Below are positions 28,541 to 42,611 of a stretch of 64,000 nt of DNA, one piece after another. Location of the stretch: contig JBITNC010000001.1 of NCBI GenBank assembly GCA_050084985.1, positions 86,490,001 to 86,554,000 on the forward strand, in the 5' to 3' direction. The notes under the pieces are model-generated. The model worked only from the letters and a program-made list of their open reading frames with translations, was not told the DNA's origin and did not search any database. Made by a program: the position numbers and the translations under genes. Position 1 is the stretch's first letter. The number at the start of each line of letters is the position of its first letter. This DNA comes from Nageia nagi. Lineage: Eukaryota; Plantae; Pinophyta.

Positions 28541-28611
28541 CTGACATCCACATTTACATTACTCTCCATCATCATATAAACAAATAACAAAATTGCAGTT
28601 CAAAGTACAAC

Positions 28612-28843
28612 CTGGATTATCCGCTCTGAAGCGCAGTGCAACCCACCCGCCAGAGGGCACTCCCACCGTGTTACGCTCGGGAGGGTCGACGAGGTTGAAC
28701 TGCGGCGCATCGCTTGATTCGTTGTAGTTGCCGAACCCCATGCCCACCACGAAGAAGTTGAACCCATGCAGGTGGAGAGGGTGGTTCTCCACGCCCGCGA
28801 TGCTCGTGTCTTGCAGAACAACTGCACCGTTGCGTTGAATGCC
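28612..28843 (-). CDS. LAC: Laccase, penultimate exon (5'-truncated by an N gap)
   Basis: [31 protein letters not shown]...[30 protein letters not shown], containing the L3 motif HPLHLH. A 71-bp phase-1 GT-AG intron (28541-28611) sits at the conserved DNPG|VW position. Confidence 0.96.
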
Positions 28844-28943
28844 NNNNNNNNNNNNNNNNNNNNNNNNNNNNNNNNNNNNNNNNNNNNNNNNNNNNNNNNN
28901 NNNNNNNNNNNNNNNNNNNNNNNNNNNNNNNNNNNNNNNNNNN
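28844..28943. other. Assembly gap (100 N)
   Basis: Run of N. Confidence 1.
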
Positions 28944-30734
28944 TGGTCATAATAGTTTTATCATTAATATCAAAACTATAGATCAAAAGAGATACATATT
29001 TGCAATGTTCATATGGTATTTTTCCTAATCCATCATACTTAGGAAAAAATTAAAGGCTACTTAGGGAATAGGTAGGGAATTAGCAAGAACTACCAATGGA
29101 TGACTATTATTCCAAGAAGGAAAATTTGTAAGGACAGGTTGAGCCATGTTTGAATCAGTTGTGTTAGGTGAAGGATTTTGTGGGGAAGAGTCAAATATAG
29201 CTGATAATGGGACTACTCTTAGAGGAATTTTTGGGGACAAAGTTTGAAAAATCTTTTTCCTAATCTTCCTTTAAGGAACTGACAACTCTAGAAATCTAGG
29301 TTGTTGGAGAGAATTTTTGGCACTACTTGTAAATCTATGAACTATAGGTGCTAGGGTTCAAAAAAATGATTGGTATGATAGTAGAGTCACCAATAAGGTC
29401 TATTAAACCTTATAATATTTAAATAACAAGGATGATAGCCTACCAAAATAGTTATCTATCCTATTCACACCCAAATGTTATGGATCTTTGCTTGTTGTCC
29501 CATCGAGCATACCAAAAATGAACATGAACTATTGTTGATTAGTATAATGTAACCTAAAGGTTTGTCCTAGTATAGTTATCCATTTCCTGATAATAATAGG
29601 GTTCTTAAATGAGAATAAAGTGGTGGGATACTATGCTCATTAGGGTTTTCTACTCAATCTCTAGGTTATAGATTGGTTCCTATCTATGAAAGAGGTTAAA
29701 AGTAACATAAAGAGATAAAAGAGGTCAAGAGTAATAAGAAAGAGATAAAAACCTAAACTACTAAAAGCAAAGTAAAATTAATCAACCTAGGCATCACTAC
29801 ATAGGTAGTAATCCATAGCCAAGACTAAGAATATAATAACTACCTTACTCTTGGGGTCTTACAATTGTAATGCATAGCCCCAATTTTAGATAATGCTTCA
29901 TGCATAACAATTACAAAATAAGATAACAATCACAAATTGCAGAGAGAAAAATACCATAGTATTGCATTATCATATATGAAAACACTTCTCATAATGGGAA
30001 ACTTTGGTAAAATGTTTGATCTTTTGGACTTCTAATAGTACACTATTTATAATGTTCTATTTACAAAGTTGATGGTTGCCCATCATTAATAACTGCAACT
30101 ACATGTTTGAATATGAAAATTATAATATTTACAACATATACAAAATAATCTATAATAGTAACTAATTACATAGCATGGTCATGATTTAGCGTCGATGCTT
30201 GGGAATCTGTAGCCCTTTAATATTTATACCAATCTAGCTATAATCCATCACTTTCATCTTTGACCATGGTGAATCAGTAACTAATCTTACATTTATGAGG
30301 TATGGTTCACCATCTTGATAAGTACAATCAATCTATCTCCATAGTCAATGGTCAACTAACTCTTTGCAACCATTAAATATCTTCATTCTATAGCTCTAGA
30401 TTGCAATCACTATAAGGTGAAGGAAGATGTACCATTCAAATCTAAAAGTGAACATCTATAGCCAAGTGGAAATGAATTGCAGTTGACACATTGGTAGAGT
30501 CCTAGGGGTCACATATTCTTGATTAAGTGGACCCAAGTGTTCATCTCCTCTTGACATCATTGCTTAAAATCAATGGGGGTTGCTAAATCTAAGCATTGTA
30601 ATATCTCCCACTATTGTAATATCACTTAAAATTAAATCAAGCTAATTTTTATCAAAAAGTATAACTCTATAATTCCATGGGTTCTAAAACATATCTTGAT
30701 GACTAACTTGATTCTAAATTGAAAATTATATACA
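28944..30734 (-). mobile_element. Putative non-chromovirus Gypsy 5' LTR (from 29519) with PBS and start of the internal region
   Basis: Minus strand CA-ttttggtatgctcgatgggac (29497-29520) resembles a Tat-type PBS (tggcacgcccgatgggac). The right end is tentative. Confidence 0.4.
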
Positions 30735-31850
30735 ATAATTCCCAGAAAGAACTCTTAGACTATACAAGACTCAAACCTAAATAATTATAGTTTTGATAAA
30801 CCTAGACTAGACTTAGACATACTCATGGAACTCATAAAACACTTCCTATAAAAAACTTAGATGATTCTATAAAAATAGGGACCATTTGGCCTTTGACTTA
30901 TTGACATCTTCTGGACATGACTCAAATGAATATATGCAAACATCTCCCACTTTGCAATAGAATGGTGGGAGTGAAATTCCCTTAACTAAGACCTAATAAC
31001 ATGAACATGACCTATACTTGAGTTGATAAAAAAACAATCCTAACTACATTGTGTAAAAGAAACTAAGTATGAATACTTTACATTCAGTAAATCATTTACA
31101 AATATGAAAGAAAAGAATATAAGAAGTGGGATTTGTAAAAGAGACTTTATTGAGAATAAATAATTAATGAATAATAGAATGAAAGAATCATGAATTGAAA
31201 GAATAGTACCCCCTTTAGAGTGTGATTCTGAAAGAATAATACTTTGTTGGTTGCATCTCAACTAATGATCACCATGGTAGTTCATATGTTGCATATAATA
31301 ATGGGGCATGTACCTCATGATGATGTTAACATATATGATTTTAATTGCATTTGTTCCTTCTATGAATGGGCCATGCACCCCATGATGATGTGGATACACC
31401 TTTATCATGCTCTTATATGTATGCATATAGGAATGAAACATTGAGTATTTATGTATTTAATATTATCAAAATGATGTATGCATCTTCGATTAATTTCATC
31501 CTTGCTTTATTTCTATTATATCATTTATGATGAAATGTTATGATGTTTAGTCATATTATCTTTATATATTTATGAGTTAATAATCACATATATGCTTAGA
31601 AGTTTTATATTTTTTCTCTCTCATTTTTAGGTTATTCTTTGCTCTTGATTGATTCTACTTCATGCAAGCCATTACATCTCATGCCCAAGGAAAATATGGG
31701 GCAATATACATCATCATTTCTTGATGATTCAAAAAATTCTACAACAAAAGTAGGGAAATTTCAAAATTTTCTTTTCTTTACCTTTACTTCCTTTGCAAGT
31801 ATAATGTCATTTCAAAATTCAATTTCATTATACTTAAAAAGGGTTGCATT

Positions 31851-32635
31851 TGTTTACACCTAAAAGTGGTCCCCTTAACATGGTGCCACTTAGATGTGAC
31901 ATTAAATACATGTTTAATCATACTTTACTATATTTCAATCATATTTTATCTTATTATCACATTTTTTTAGGATGTGTTCTTATTTTTTTTTTAGGTATAT
32001 TAGGATGACTTTAACCTTCATACAAGGGCTAAAATGGTGATATTATTCTTGATATAAATGTAAGTATCTCTAACCTATAGAAAGCATGTTAAGATTAGAT
32101 CTCGATAGCTAGTACCCTACACTTAGATATTTCTATATGCCACCTATTGATATTGCAATATTATTATCACTCAATCAAATATATTTCATCCATATTCATG
32201 ATCATATGCTTAGTTTTATTGTTAACATATATTCTATTACCAATCCTTGTTGATGAACCTAAAATATGAACCCACATTGAGCTCTTGGAACCTAATGCCC
32301 ATTTTGAGATCCTTTCTACTATTGGTTATGGGGTTTACACACCAAGTTCATCTCTCATTAACAAGTTCATCCTAAATAGATTCAACCTCAACATAGATAA
32401 GGACATATAGGTATTTATATTGTACTTGATTTCATCTCTTTATTTTGTGTATTTATTTTGTATCTTAACATCAATATAATTCATGATTATGTTACTATAT
32501 GGATATACTCTTTATTCCATGCTATTAACATAGGTTTAATTGATCTAAATAGATTATATAATAAATACTTAAATGTCTATATGTATTTAGTTCATTTAGG
32601 CCAAAACCCTAGGTGTACCAAAACACATATCAATA
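31851..32635 (+). mobile_element. Tat-type LTR preceded by a PPT
   Basis: aaaaagggttgcatt then TGTTTACACCTAAAAG; probable end aggtgtaccaaaacacatatcaaTA (decayed CA). Confidence 0.55.
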
Positions 32636-32639
32636 ATAT

Positions 32640-34605
32640 TAGCTAGGATCTTGTATTTATTTTGCATCAGTGACTAGTTTAGTGTTACTTGATAATTAAC
32701 ACTAAGTGATAACTATGCTGAAAATGGAGAGATAAGAATGTTATTATACTAATGGAATATGAGCATAATCATGTAATGATGCATCTCAAGGATAATACAA
32801 TAAGATTCCCTCATACTATTAAAGTATTTATAACCATGTCTGAATGCAAGTTACATATTGTCAGTAAATGACCATTACATTTACTACAAAATACAACTAG
32901 ATATCATATATATTCATTCAAATATGGACTATAATGATCAAAATATATACATAACATGATACAAACATACTTTCATATACTTTAATAATCACATGTTGGA
33001 TCTATGAGTTGTTTGATAAAATGCCTCATTGAGATTGTGGATTGCAATGATCCAAGATATGCACAAAATAAAAGACTGTAGAAACTATGTTTGCATAAAA
33101 TAATTCCTAGGAATTGCAACTTAGAAGTAAATAATTTCCTATCATATGGTATACTTGGATAATTTCATATCATATGTTTTAAGCATCCAAGTTGGTTTTG
33201 TGGTAACATTATGAACAATGCTAAAGCATAATTGTGATACATCTATTGAGAGGTTCCTAATAACTAGCCTTGACTTATCTAATTCATGATTTTTTGTATA
33301 GGTTATCTTGGAGGAAACATCCAATATTTATATTAGAGGTAAGATAACATAGCATTTATATTTTTTTTGGTTGAATAGTTATTAAGTATTACAAGCATGT
33401 TTTCATCAACTTACCAATTTTGGACTAGTTTTTGACACTTATAGTGTTTGATCATATAGCCAATATTACACCTAATAATTGCATCTACTTAAAATTATAT
33501 ATAGTATTTCATTTAATGTATATCTTACAATAATAGGATTAATTTAATTAATTATAATTAATTATTTACCTTCTTGGTTGTGCAAGCTATCTTGAGGGAC
33601 CTTTGAACTTCACTACAAAAATACCCATAAACCCTAAAATGGGTTTGTGCATGTATACACTTGGTGCATGTAAATTAAATTTTATAGTTCATATAGGATA
33701 TCTTGAAGGAGCTTTGAACTTCATTTCCAAAATACCCAAAAAACTAGAAATGGGTGTATGTATATGTGTACTTGGTGCATGTAAATTGAATGTTATAGTT
33801 TGTGTAGGTTATATTGAGGGAGATTTGAACTTCACCACCAAATTACCCATAAACCTTGAATTGGGTTGTTTCTACTTGATGCTTGTAAATAAAATATTAT
33901 GGTTTACATAGGCTATATTGATGTAGCTTTGAAATTCACTACCAAAATACCCATAAACCTTGAATCAGGTGTGTGCATGTGTCTACTTGGTGCTTATAAA
34001 TCAAATGTTATAATTCATGTAGGATATCTTGAGGATGATTTGAACTTCACTACCAAAATATACCCATAAATCTTAAAATGGGTGAGTGCATGAAGCAAAC
34101 ATAGTTTTATGGTATCCAATGATTGTAGGATTCATGGGGTTTGTAAAAGAATGTAGAAAAATACAAAGCATAAATATATATGTAGAATGTAGAATAATAT
34201 TACAAGTTTGAAAAGTTATCGATTAAAATACCTACTTGTACCTCCTAGAAAACAAGTCTCCTCCCATCTAGTATCACTAGGTTGCCTCTCTTTTGGTCTC
34301 CCTCTCTCCTCGTTTTTCTTGCCACTACACCAAATGGCCCTCTCTCCTCCAACCCCTTAGCTCAAAAAAATCAAAATGATGAAAACATTCCAAGTAACCA
34401 TATCAAAGATCCCCATAAATGATTTTTTTTTTTAAATCTTATTTTAATTAAGGGGAAATTTTTCACCATCCTAGATATATGTTTTGGGGTGGCTAAAAAC
34501 TATCTCACTAAAATCACCACTAAAACATAAAAAGGGGATGATTTAAAACCACCTTATAAAAACTACCTCAAATTAGCTACCCCAAAGTCCTTTTTTTGTC
34601 TAGTG
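32640..34605 (-). mobile_element. Truncated CACTA (En/Spm) transposon end
   Basis: Terminus ttttttgtcTAGTG at 34601-34605 (CACTAgacaaaaaaagg on minus), with subterminal sequence, a CT-rich leader and an internal tandem array. The left limit is approximate. Confidence 0.6.
33576..34091 (+). repeat. ~111 bp tandem repeat, ~5 copies
   Basis: tttgaa(c/a)ttca at 33602, 33713, 33824, 33928 and 34039. Confidence 0.9.
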
Positions 34606-36828
34606 CCTATCATGGGTGTCATCATCTTCCTTATGGTAGAATAAATATGAAGCATCAACATCCTTAACCTCCACTCCCATGTTTGACACCAAGTATGCCC
34701 TACCAAATTCTTGTATTTTCCCATAAAGTAGGTCTCAAAATTTGGACCTATAGCATCAATATTTTATGCCCCTTTTACCACATTATTCATCATGAAATCT
34801 ATAACACTTTATTCTTTAACAACCTTATGTAGTAATATGTCATTGTCATTGTCATAAACAATTAGCTCTTTCTGAAAATCACTATTAGTTCCTCTTTGAT
34901 ATCTTCTTGGCATGATTATTTTAAAAAGACAATGTCTTCTTTGTTCATTGTAGTTTCCATACAAAGCTTATGAACTAAATCATCTTCAGTAATGGTATAC
35001 AATTCAAAAGAATCATTTTATGAATCTAAACATACCTTATTATATGTGATGTTCTTTTTCATATGATATCTTTGTTATGAGCTCCTCTCCCTTGATGATC
35101 AAGAAGTTATTTGTGTTGTTCATAGTTTCCAATGCTTTTAAATTTGGGGCTAAATCTTGAGCTAAGTTTGTGATTAAGTTTTGGGCTACATTGTGAGTGG
35201 AAAAAGAGCGGTGTTCTTTCTTCATAGGTACTTCATTTTGACCCTTGAGTTTTGATGTCCAATGTTCCTTATGATCTATGTGTAATTTCCTTTTTCTTGA
35301 TTCAACATTTGCCTTACAGGATGAGGCCTTTATAGCCAATTATTCCTCTTAAATAGTGGATACTTTTATTTTATGGTAGGTGATAAATCTCTTCTAAATT
35401 ATCCCTAGAGTACATAATTAAAGATTCAAGTGTTAAAGCACTTTTAATTGCATCTTTCAAAGTGAAGGGGTTACAGGATTTGACCAAACCTTTTAATGGT
35501 TCTTCCAACCCTTCCATGAAGATAACAACTATTATTTCCTTTTAAACATGGGATAACATTACTAATATCCTTTGAAAGTATCCAAAATATGCTTCCACAT
35601 TTTTCACTTATCAAAGAATAGTCAACTCTTTTAAGAATTTGTATTCTTTTTTCCTTTCAAATTGCTCATAGATCCTTTGGCTAAATTCTTCAAATGTGGA
35701 AATGATTTCATGCCCCAAAGTGATGATACCAATATGCCACCATTCACATATTGTATCCTCAAAGTGACTTGAAGCATATTGTATTGTATCTCTTCCATTC
35801 ATGAGATGAAGAGTGAAGTAAGTCTTCATCTAATTTTAAATTTTTGCCTTGCTCTTGCACATTCATGGGTTTGGGAGTGGTATGAAATATCTCCCTATTT
35901 CTTATGTTCATGCCCTTTTTATTTTTCCCTTGATTTTGTATGGTAACCTTAGATTTATTTAGATGGGAATAAGAGAACCCATCAAATTTTTCACTAGTTG
36001 GGTTAACAATCCTACGATAGTCTTCAATTATTCTTGTGTATAAGCCATCTTTTCAAACCCTAGGGAGCACTCACCTCATAAGCTAGTAGGAATTTGAGAT
36101 ATGATACCACTATAATATACCCTTATAGATATTTTTTTAAACATGCATAATTTACTTAATCTAATTACACATTCATTCCCCAAACTAGGGAAAAACAACA
36201 AATGTTTACATTCATATAACCATGCATCCAAAACTAAAATACTATAACTGTAACCAAATCTAATATGTAATAGAAATAATATTATTTATGCCATACAACT
36301 CATCCAAATTAAGGTACCATAATAGTTCTAATCTATAATATAAATATGCATTCATTTATCCTTAAACATATTACAAGTAATACCAAGAAGTGTAGCGAAC
36401 TACTGCTAATAGCAACACATCAAAATGATTCCATAGGAAGGTGAACAAACCTCCTTAGGGTTAATTTTTGCTAAATATCCATTTTTCACAATGAGATTAC
36501 AATAAATGATAATATAAGTATTCAATAAAAGACCTCAATGCATGCTAAAATGATTACCTAGGTGGATTACTCCATTAGGGTAACCAAAAAATGCCTTCAC
36601 AAGACAACAACCTCCTTCTAAGACACTCAAGATGCCAACAAATACTTTCTTAATAGAAAAACTTTAAAATGTAATATATTACTCATTTCTTGATGAAATC
36701 ATATCATATAACTTTTCAAAATGATTGGCATAACATTCTCTATCCATTCCAAAAGACAAATTGATGATCCATGACTCATGATGTAAGTTATGCCTTCTAC
36801 AAGGCTTTTTTAAGTTGGGGATATAACA
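34606..36828 (-). mobile_element. Truncated chromovirus-type Ty3/Gypsy: 5' LTR (36111-36828), Met PBS, decayed gag
   Basis: LTR termini tataatataccc/ggggatataaca; PBS gtggtatca (minus, 36102-36110); gag KTYFTLH...ASSHFEDTICEWWHIGIITLGH...FEEFSQRI (ORF 35611-35829). Confidence 0.75.
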
Positions 36829-37099
36829 TCATCGATAAGTAGTAATCGACTTGGTGGTGACTAACTTGATAACCCAATCAATTTAATGTAGTTGATTACA
36901 AACCAGAGATGTAAGCATTCTAAAATTCATAACTGATTATTAACTAAATCAAGGAGGTATACAACATAAGGGATGAGAAATTTATATCTTAAAAAATTTG
37001 GTTATGATGCCCCTTGATTATTTTAACATGTATAAGACTAAAAATATTCTAAGAAACAATAATAGATATGTGTATTCCATGATAAGTGGATGATGAAGA

Positions 37100-37630
37100 A
37101 ACAATTTTCTTAATTAAAAAAATTGGTAAGCCATCTCATCATGATTACTCTCCAATTGATGGTTTCAATATTATTTATCCAAGATAAAGTGAAAGTTTTG
37201 AATGTTCAATTTGGTATAGAGACATTTTCAATTATATGAAAATTAATGCAATCCCCCAAAGTTGCAATAAGAATGCAAAAATTATATTACAAAAATTAGA
37301 ATTAAAGTATGTCATCATAGGAGGCATTTTATATAGATCATTTGATGAAGTATTTCTTAAATGCTTGAGATTACATGAAGCAAAATCAACCATAGAGAAA
37401 GCACATGAGGGTTTTTGTAGGATAAACTTTATGCATTTCAAGAAACATGTCAAGAGGCATTTGCAATGTAAATAAAAATAGTTAAATATGTAAAAGAATT
37501 TATAACAAGATCTTAATGCAATTATGACACTATGGCCCTTATCCACTTAGGGTACATGTATAATAGGTGGCATTAACCAACAATCCAAAGAATGGTATAA
37601 ATGCATCATAACATCAACCAAATATTAGTG
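37100..37630 (+). pseudogene. Tat/Ogre-type integrase N-terminal remnant
   Basis: WYRDIFNYMK...KYVIIGGILYRSFDEVFLKCL...EKAHEGFC (ORF 37236-37475), homologous to ~2040-2250. Confidence 0.75.
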
Positions 37631-38357
37631 GTATAACTTTGATATTTCTAGTTATTCATAAAAGTTTTATGATCAAAATACAATAAATAAAAACTATATC
37701 TGGTGTGGATGCTTGGAAAAAAATCCCACATCATTTTTTCAAAAATAAAAAGAGAAAATATTTCAATGAAACCTTAGTTGATATTGGGAGACTAAATATG
37801 GACATAAACACTAGTTTTTATCCCTTCGTACTTATCAAAAATATATGTGAAAACTAGCTTGCTACTATAGATAGATAAGTATTGTTTGAAAACTAGTTAC
37901 TTGGAAAATATTATATATATAAAAAGAAGAAAATAAAACTAAAATGATCTAGAAATAAAAATGCAAGCATTCAATACATACAACAAATATGCAAGCAATG
38001 TGTGATTCAAATAAAATTAGAATTAGTATCTCAAAATAAATATAATAAAATAAAAAATCATCGCAATATGTAACATCAACTATTTAATGTTAGTAGTCTA
38101 TCAATTTTCAAGAGAATACCATTGCATCAAAATTTAATTCGTTAAATGTAGCAAATAAGAAATCAATGATCTTTAGATAGGTATTCTTGTTTGGACTAGT
38201 CAATTCCTTTTTTATTCTTTTAGGGTATTACAAATGAATCATTTGACAAGTTTTTTAGAATAAAAATGTAAATGTTATTATTCCTTGAATAAAAATGTTG
38301 ATGATTTTGGGCTGTTAAAAATAACAATAGAAAATTCTTAGATTCAATCATGAACAA

Positions 38358-38973
38358 TGATCTATAATCACCTTAAACTTATAGCTTTAAAGGAAATATC
38401 ACATACAAATTTTAGAATTACATAATTTGGAATCGAAACTAGAATTGAATGCCAATATGAAACAAGAATGAAAATAATATTCAAGCATTCATAAAATTAA
38501 AATAATCTCATCAAGGAGGTTCCTCTTAGTGTGAGAGCACATCTCCTATAATATCCACCATCAAGCCCATCATTCAATTATGCAGCAAGTTTACAATAGG
38601 ATTTACAATCCTTCAAAGTATCCTCAACATAAAATTAAATACCTCAATATGAAAATAAACTACAATAGTGATTAATAAATTTGTAACAAGCTTTGATTCA
38701 TCCTCCAGATTTGTTCTTCTCTTCTCTAGCTTCTTCTTCCTCTCAAGTCTCCATAAGGATATGCAAGTAGAACCGATGTCTCTTCACCTAAATAATTCAG
38801 CTTCCATCCATTCATGATATGTTTTTATAGTGTAGGTGCTAGCATCAACATTGGCACTGACATATCAAGTGTATAAAGGTTAGGTGTTAGGTCGAGTACC
38901 ACATGAAGTATTGGGTGAATGGTTGAGTCTTCATCAACATCTATGTTGGTCTTCTAGTGCATTATTTTGGTCC
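38358..38973 (-). repeat. CRM-like LTR (partial, runs into the gap); reverse-complement homolog of ~49100-49774
   Basis: Shared blocks such as catacaaattttagaat, cctcttagtgtgagag and tcaagtctcca; ends ...agATCA on minus. Confidence 0.85.
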
Positions 38974-39073
38974 NNNNNNNNNNNNNNNNNNNNNNNNNNN
39001 NNNNNNNNNNNNNNNNNNNNNNNNNNNNNNNNNNNNNNNNNNNNNNNNNNNNNNNNNNNNNNNNNNNNNNNNN
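38974..39073. other. Assembly gap (100 N)
   Basis: Run of N. Confidence 1.
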
Positions 39074-41497
39074 TATAATCTATATTATTAATAATATTAT
39101 AATTTTGAGGAAATAGTTTTTAAATTGTTGAGGAATGATATCTCTTAGCATTTTTTGATATATATAAGGGATTATATCAAAGCTAGTAATATCAAGTCTT
39201 CTATTTCCTTTCATGGTACCATATCAAGTTGAGTTTTGTAAAGATATTCTCGAGTCTTTTCTTGCATTCCAGTGGCACCCAAAACCTTTGTTTTTTACAT
39301 AGTGTGTCCATTATGGTGGATCATCTCCCTAAATTATTACCTCATGGCATTTCAACACTAAGGTTTTATTGGTTAATTACTTTCTTTAATTTCTCTTTGA
39401 GATTGTAGGTTTCATCTTTTTATAGGGTGTAAGGTTTCCTCGTAGTCTTCATTCAAAAAAGTTTTCTCCAATTCACATCTTTGCCATTGTGGAATTGTGA
39501 GATCTTCACCCTTACAAATGTTTTATCACTACAATATATGATTTTGACACCTCTTATAGTGTGATCTCTTTCATGGTGTATTTATTTTGTTGTGATCTCT
39601 CTTTCATGGTGAGTACAAGTCTTTATCAAAGCTCACATTAGCATTTTATATCCTATGTACTCACGGCTCAATCTTCATGATCCTTTGCACTCAACCTACA
39701 TATTTATCTTATTACAATCCTTTCAAAGTGTATCTATGGCCAACACCATTTGTTGGTAGGCATCACCCTACTCTTCCAAGGTTGACTTGGATCTATCATG
39801 GCATTTTGAGATTTGAAACTACTTTTCTCTAGCTTAAAACATCATTAAGAAGATAGGCACATATTTTTAATCTTTTGTTAGTCAAATTTGATATATGATA
39901 GTAGATCTAGATACCCTTTTTGAACTAATCAAATTTGGTTTTTAGATCACTTGAATCCAAGCTTGTTTGGGAAAGTTACAAGCATTTGAAGATCAAATTT
40001 TCAATTTAATTTGGGTATCTTATGTAATAGTGATATTTTTTGATATTTTTCTTTCATTAGGTCTCACTTTCTAGAATGGACACTTTCATGGTATTCCTTA
40101 TTCTTTCTTGATTGTTTTCATTACAAATACAACCCTATTTTTTCCACTCTACTACCTAAAATCTTAGTCGAAAGTTTTAGAATTAGATTATTAGTTAAAT
40201 TAATTAATTTTAATTTAATTAATATTCTAAATTTTTGGGGCTTTAAATTTAAATTTTTTATCTTCATTCAAATTGATTGCATAACTCTGCATATGAACTC
40301 CATTTTTAAGTCTTTTTTTTCCTATATAGAGAAAACTTTGAGAATTACTCAGTAGATTTTGTTATACACCTAAATTATAAAGGCATTTTTCATGGAAGTA
40401 TTTCTTTTCATAAAAGATATACATTATGGAGGTTAACTTCATATTTGATTATCTTGACAGTGCTTACATTTGGGTGATGTAAATTATTTTGGAAGATTTT
40501 TATGATCAATCCTACATTGTTATGGTCTAAAATTATAAAGTCCTAATTTTCTACTCTGTTTGTTATAGGTAGAGACTACACTTTTTTTTGTGCATGAGAA
40601 GTTGCTTTGAGCTCAACTATCCTTGCCTTTTTGGTTCATTCTCTAGCCTATCTTCTCATTTTGTGAAACACTTTGGATTTAGGGGGAATTTCTTTGGTGA
40701 CTTTCATATTTCAATGGCTCTTCCATGGGATCTCCAACATATCCCATTAGTCCATTGGTTGAACATGCCCTATCTTGCTTGGTGTGAAATTCTTATTGAG
40801 TACTTGCAGTCTTGTGAGCTTCTTACATATCTTCTTAGTCTAGTTCTAGCACCTATTTTTGAAACACCTGAGTGGCTTGTTTGGCATTCTAGTATATATG
40901 ATGTGTTCTATCTTTTGCTACATTACTAATAGTGTTTATCATGATATTTTACCACCTTTAAACTATTCCAAGCTGACTCCTCATATATATATATCTCATA
41001 TTTTTTTGTGTAGACTTTGAGGCTCTCTCACCTTGTGATGAAGATTTCTTGATGAATAAATATTTAGTGAATGAGGTAGATGGTGAATAAGATATTTGTG
41101 ATTCTATTTCTATTACTTTGGAGTACTATCTTGATGTTATTGCTTCTCTATTTATAGATTCATACATTATTGATATTGTTGACCTTCATGAGGATATTAC
41201 CTTGTTATTTTATATATCTCTTTATACTGATCCTTTTGAGGATATTATTTTGGTGAGCCTTCCTTGCTTTGATGAGCCACCTTCTCCTCATTCTATTACT
41301 GCTTTCTTGTAGTCTTCTCATACTCCTTTTATCTTTCAAGAAAATTCTTGTGAGACCTATTTTGAGTCTCCTCCACCTCCATATTTAGTTGGAATCTCTT
41401 TAGGAGATATTAGATACTATCTTGAGGTTTATTTGCCTCTTTCTCTTGCTACTTTCATAGGTGTTTCTTTTATGCAGCATATTGAGTCTTTTGACTC

Positions 41498-41712
41498 AAG
41501 GAAATAGAAGACTTGATATTATTACAATTACAAGCATTGGTTAAATATACAAGGATGAATAATTACAACCATAGTATGGGTTGATATATGGAATGATATC
41601 AACCATCAAAACATAACAAAATAGGATAATAATGACAAACCATATGTTGTCAACTAACTTAGTAACACTAAAGTTAGATACCCTAACCTAGCAAGCTTAA
41701 TTAACTCCAACA
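41498..41712 (-). repeat. Inverted, internally deleted solo copy of the host element's own LTR
   Basis: 41537-41712 is the reverse complement of 43007-43182, and 41498-41521 is the reverse complement of 39187-39210. Confidence 0.85.
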
Positions 41713-42484
41713 TGCTAATACACTATGGGTTCGAATAACACTAAATTTTGAGTTTTGACACTAAACCTTGATTATTTTTATATCTTGAGCTTCAAGTACC
41801 CATTTTGGGTGCCATTTTTTCTATTGTGGAGTATACTTCAAGATCTTCACTTTAGAATTATTGGTTATATTGATCCCTCTCCTTAAAATACTCATTATAA
41901 GAATTTTATTTTTAATCTTATAGTGTATAGGTGAATAACACATGATTATGCTTGTAAATTCATTTTGAGCTCGACTATCCTTGTAATCATGGTTCTTTTT
42001 TAAGTCTATCAACTCCTTATGAGGTGCTTTGGTCAATGTTAGGAATCATTAGAGTATGTTATTCTTAGGGGGATCTTCTTAAGTATATTTATGTGCCTCA
42101 AAGGTCTCATAGCCCAACTCATGGTTGCTTCCCTTTATCCTCAAAGTATATTATCTAAGTCCTTAATGGATCTTTTGGATGCTATTGGATATTTTAGATA
42201 AAGATTCTTCAACTTGCCTTCATTTGATTCCTTTAGCCTTGAAGATCTTCCATGATGGTACATTTGGTAAAAAAACCTAATATTCATCTTCATTCCCTAC
42301 TCAACTCAATGGTTATAGCATTTGGCACTCTTTCATTTTAGTAAGATGGTATGATATCCATAAGGATGTTCTTCAACCTTTATTGGACCTTGCTTTCTTG
42401 CACTTCAAATTTTGGAGTTTTTATTTCATGATTATTTTGAGTTGTGTTTGTAACATTAAGTGATTCTCCTTTGTTGTTGAATTT

Positions 42485-42611
42485 CATGTGAACCCACCCT
42501 TGGTCATGCTATCTTGCAAGTGAAACCACTCTTGGGTATGATATCTTGCATGTGAACCCATATTTGGGAATGCTATCTTGCATGTGAACCTATCTTTGGG
42601 CATGCATATTG
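42485..42611 (+). repeat. 32 bp tandem repeat x4
   Basis: ca(t/a)gtgaa.c....ttgg..atg.tatcttg repeated. Confidence 0.85.

Noticed and set aside
28369-28590. 73-aa ORF and the ...[11 protein letters not shown] read-through of ORF 28559-28792
   Set aside because: Wrong-frame and intron read-through of the laccase; the spliced model gives the conserved C-terminus.
33603-33911. 102-aa repetitive ORF
   Set aside because: A by-product of a 111-bp (37-codon) tandem unit; no domain similarity.
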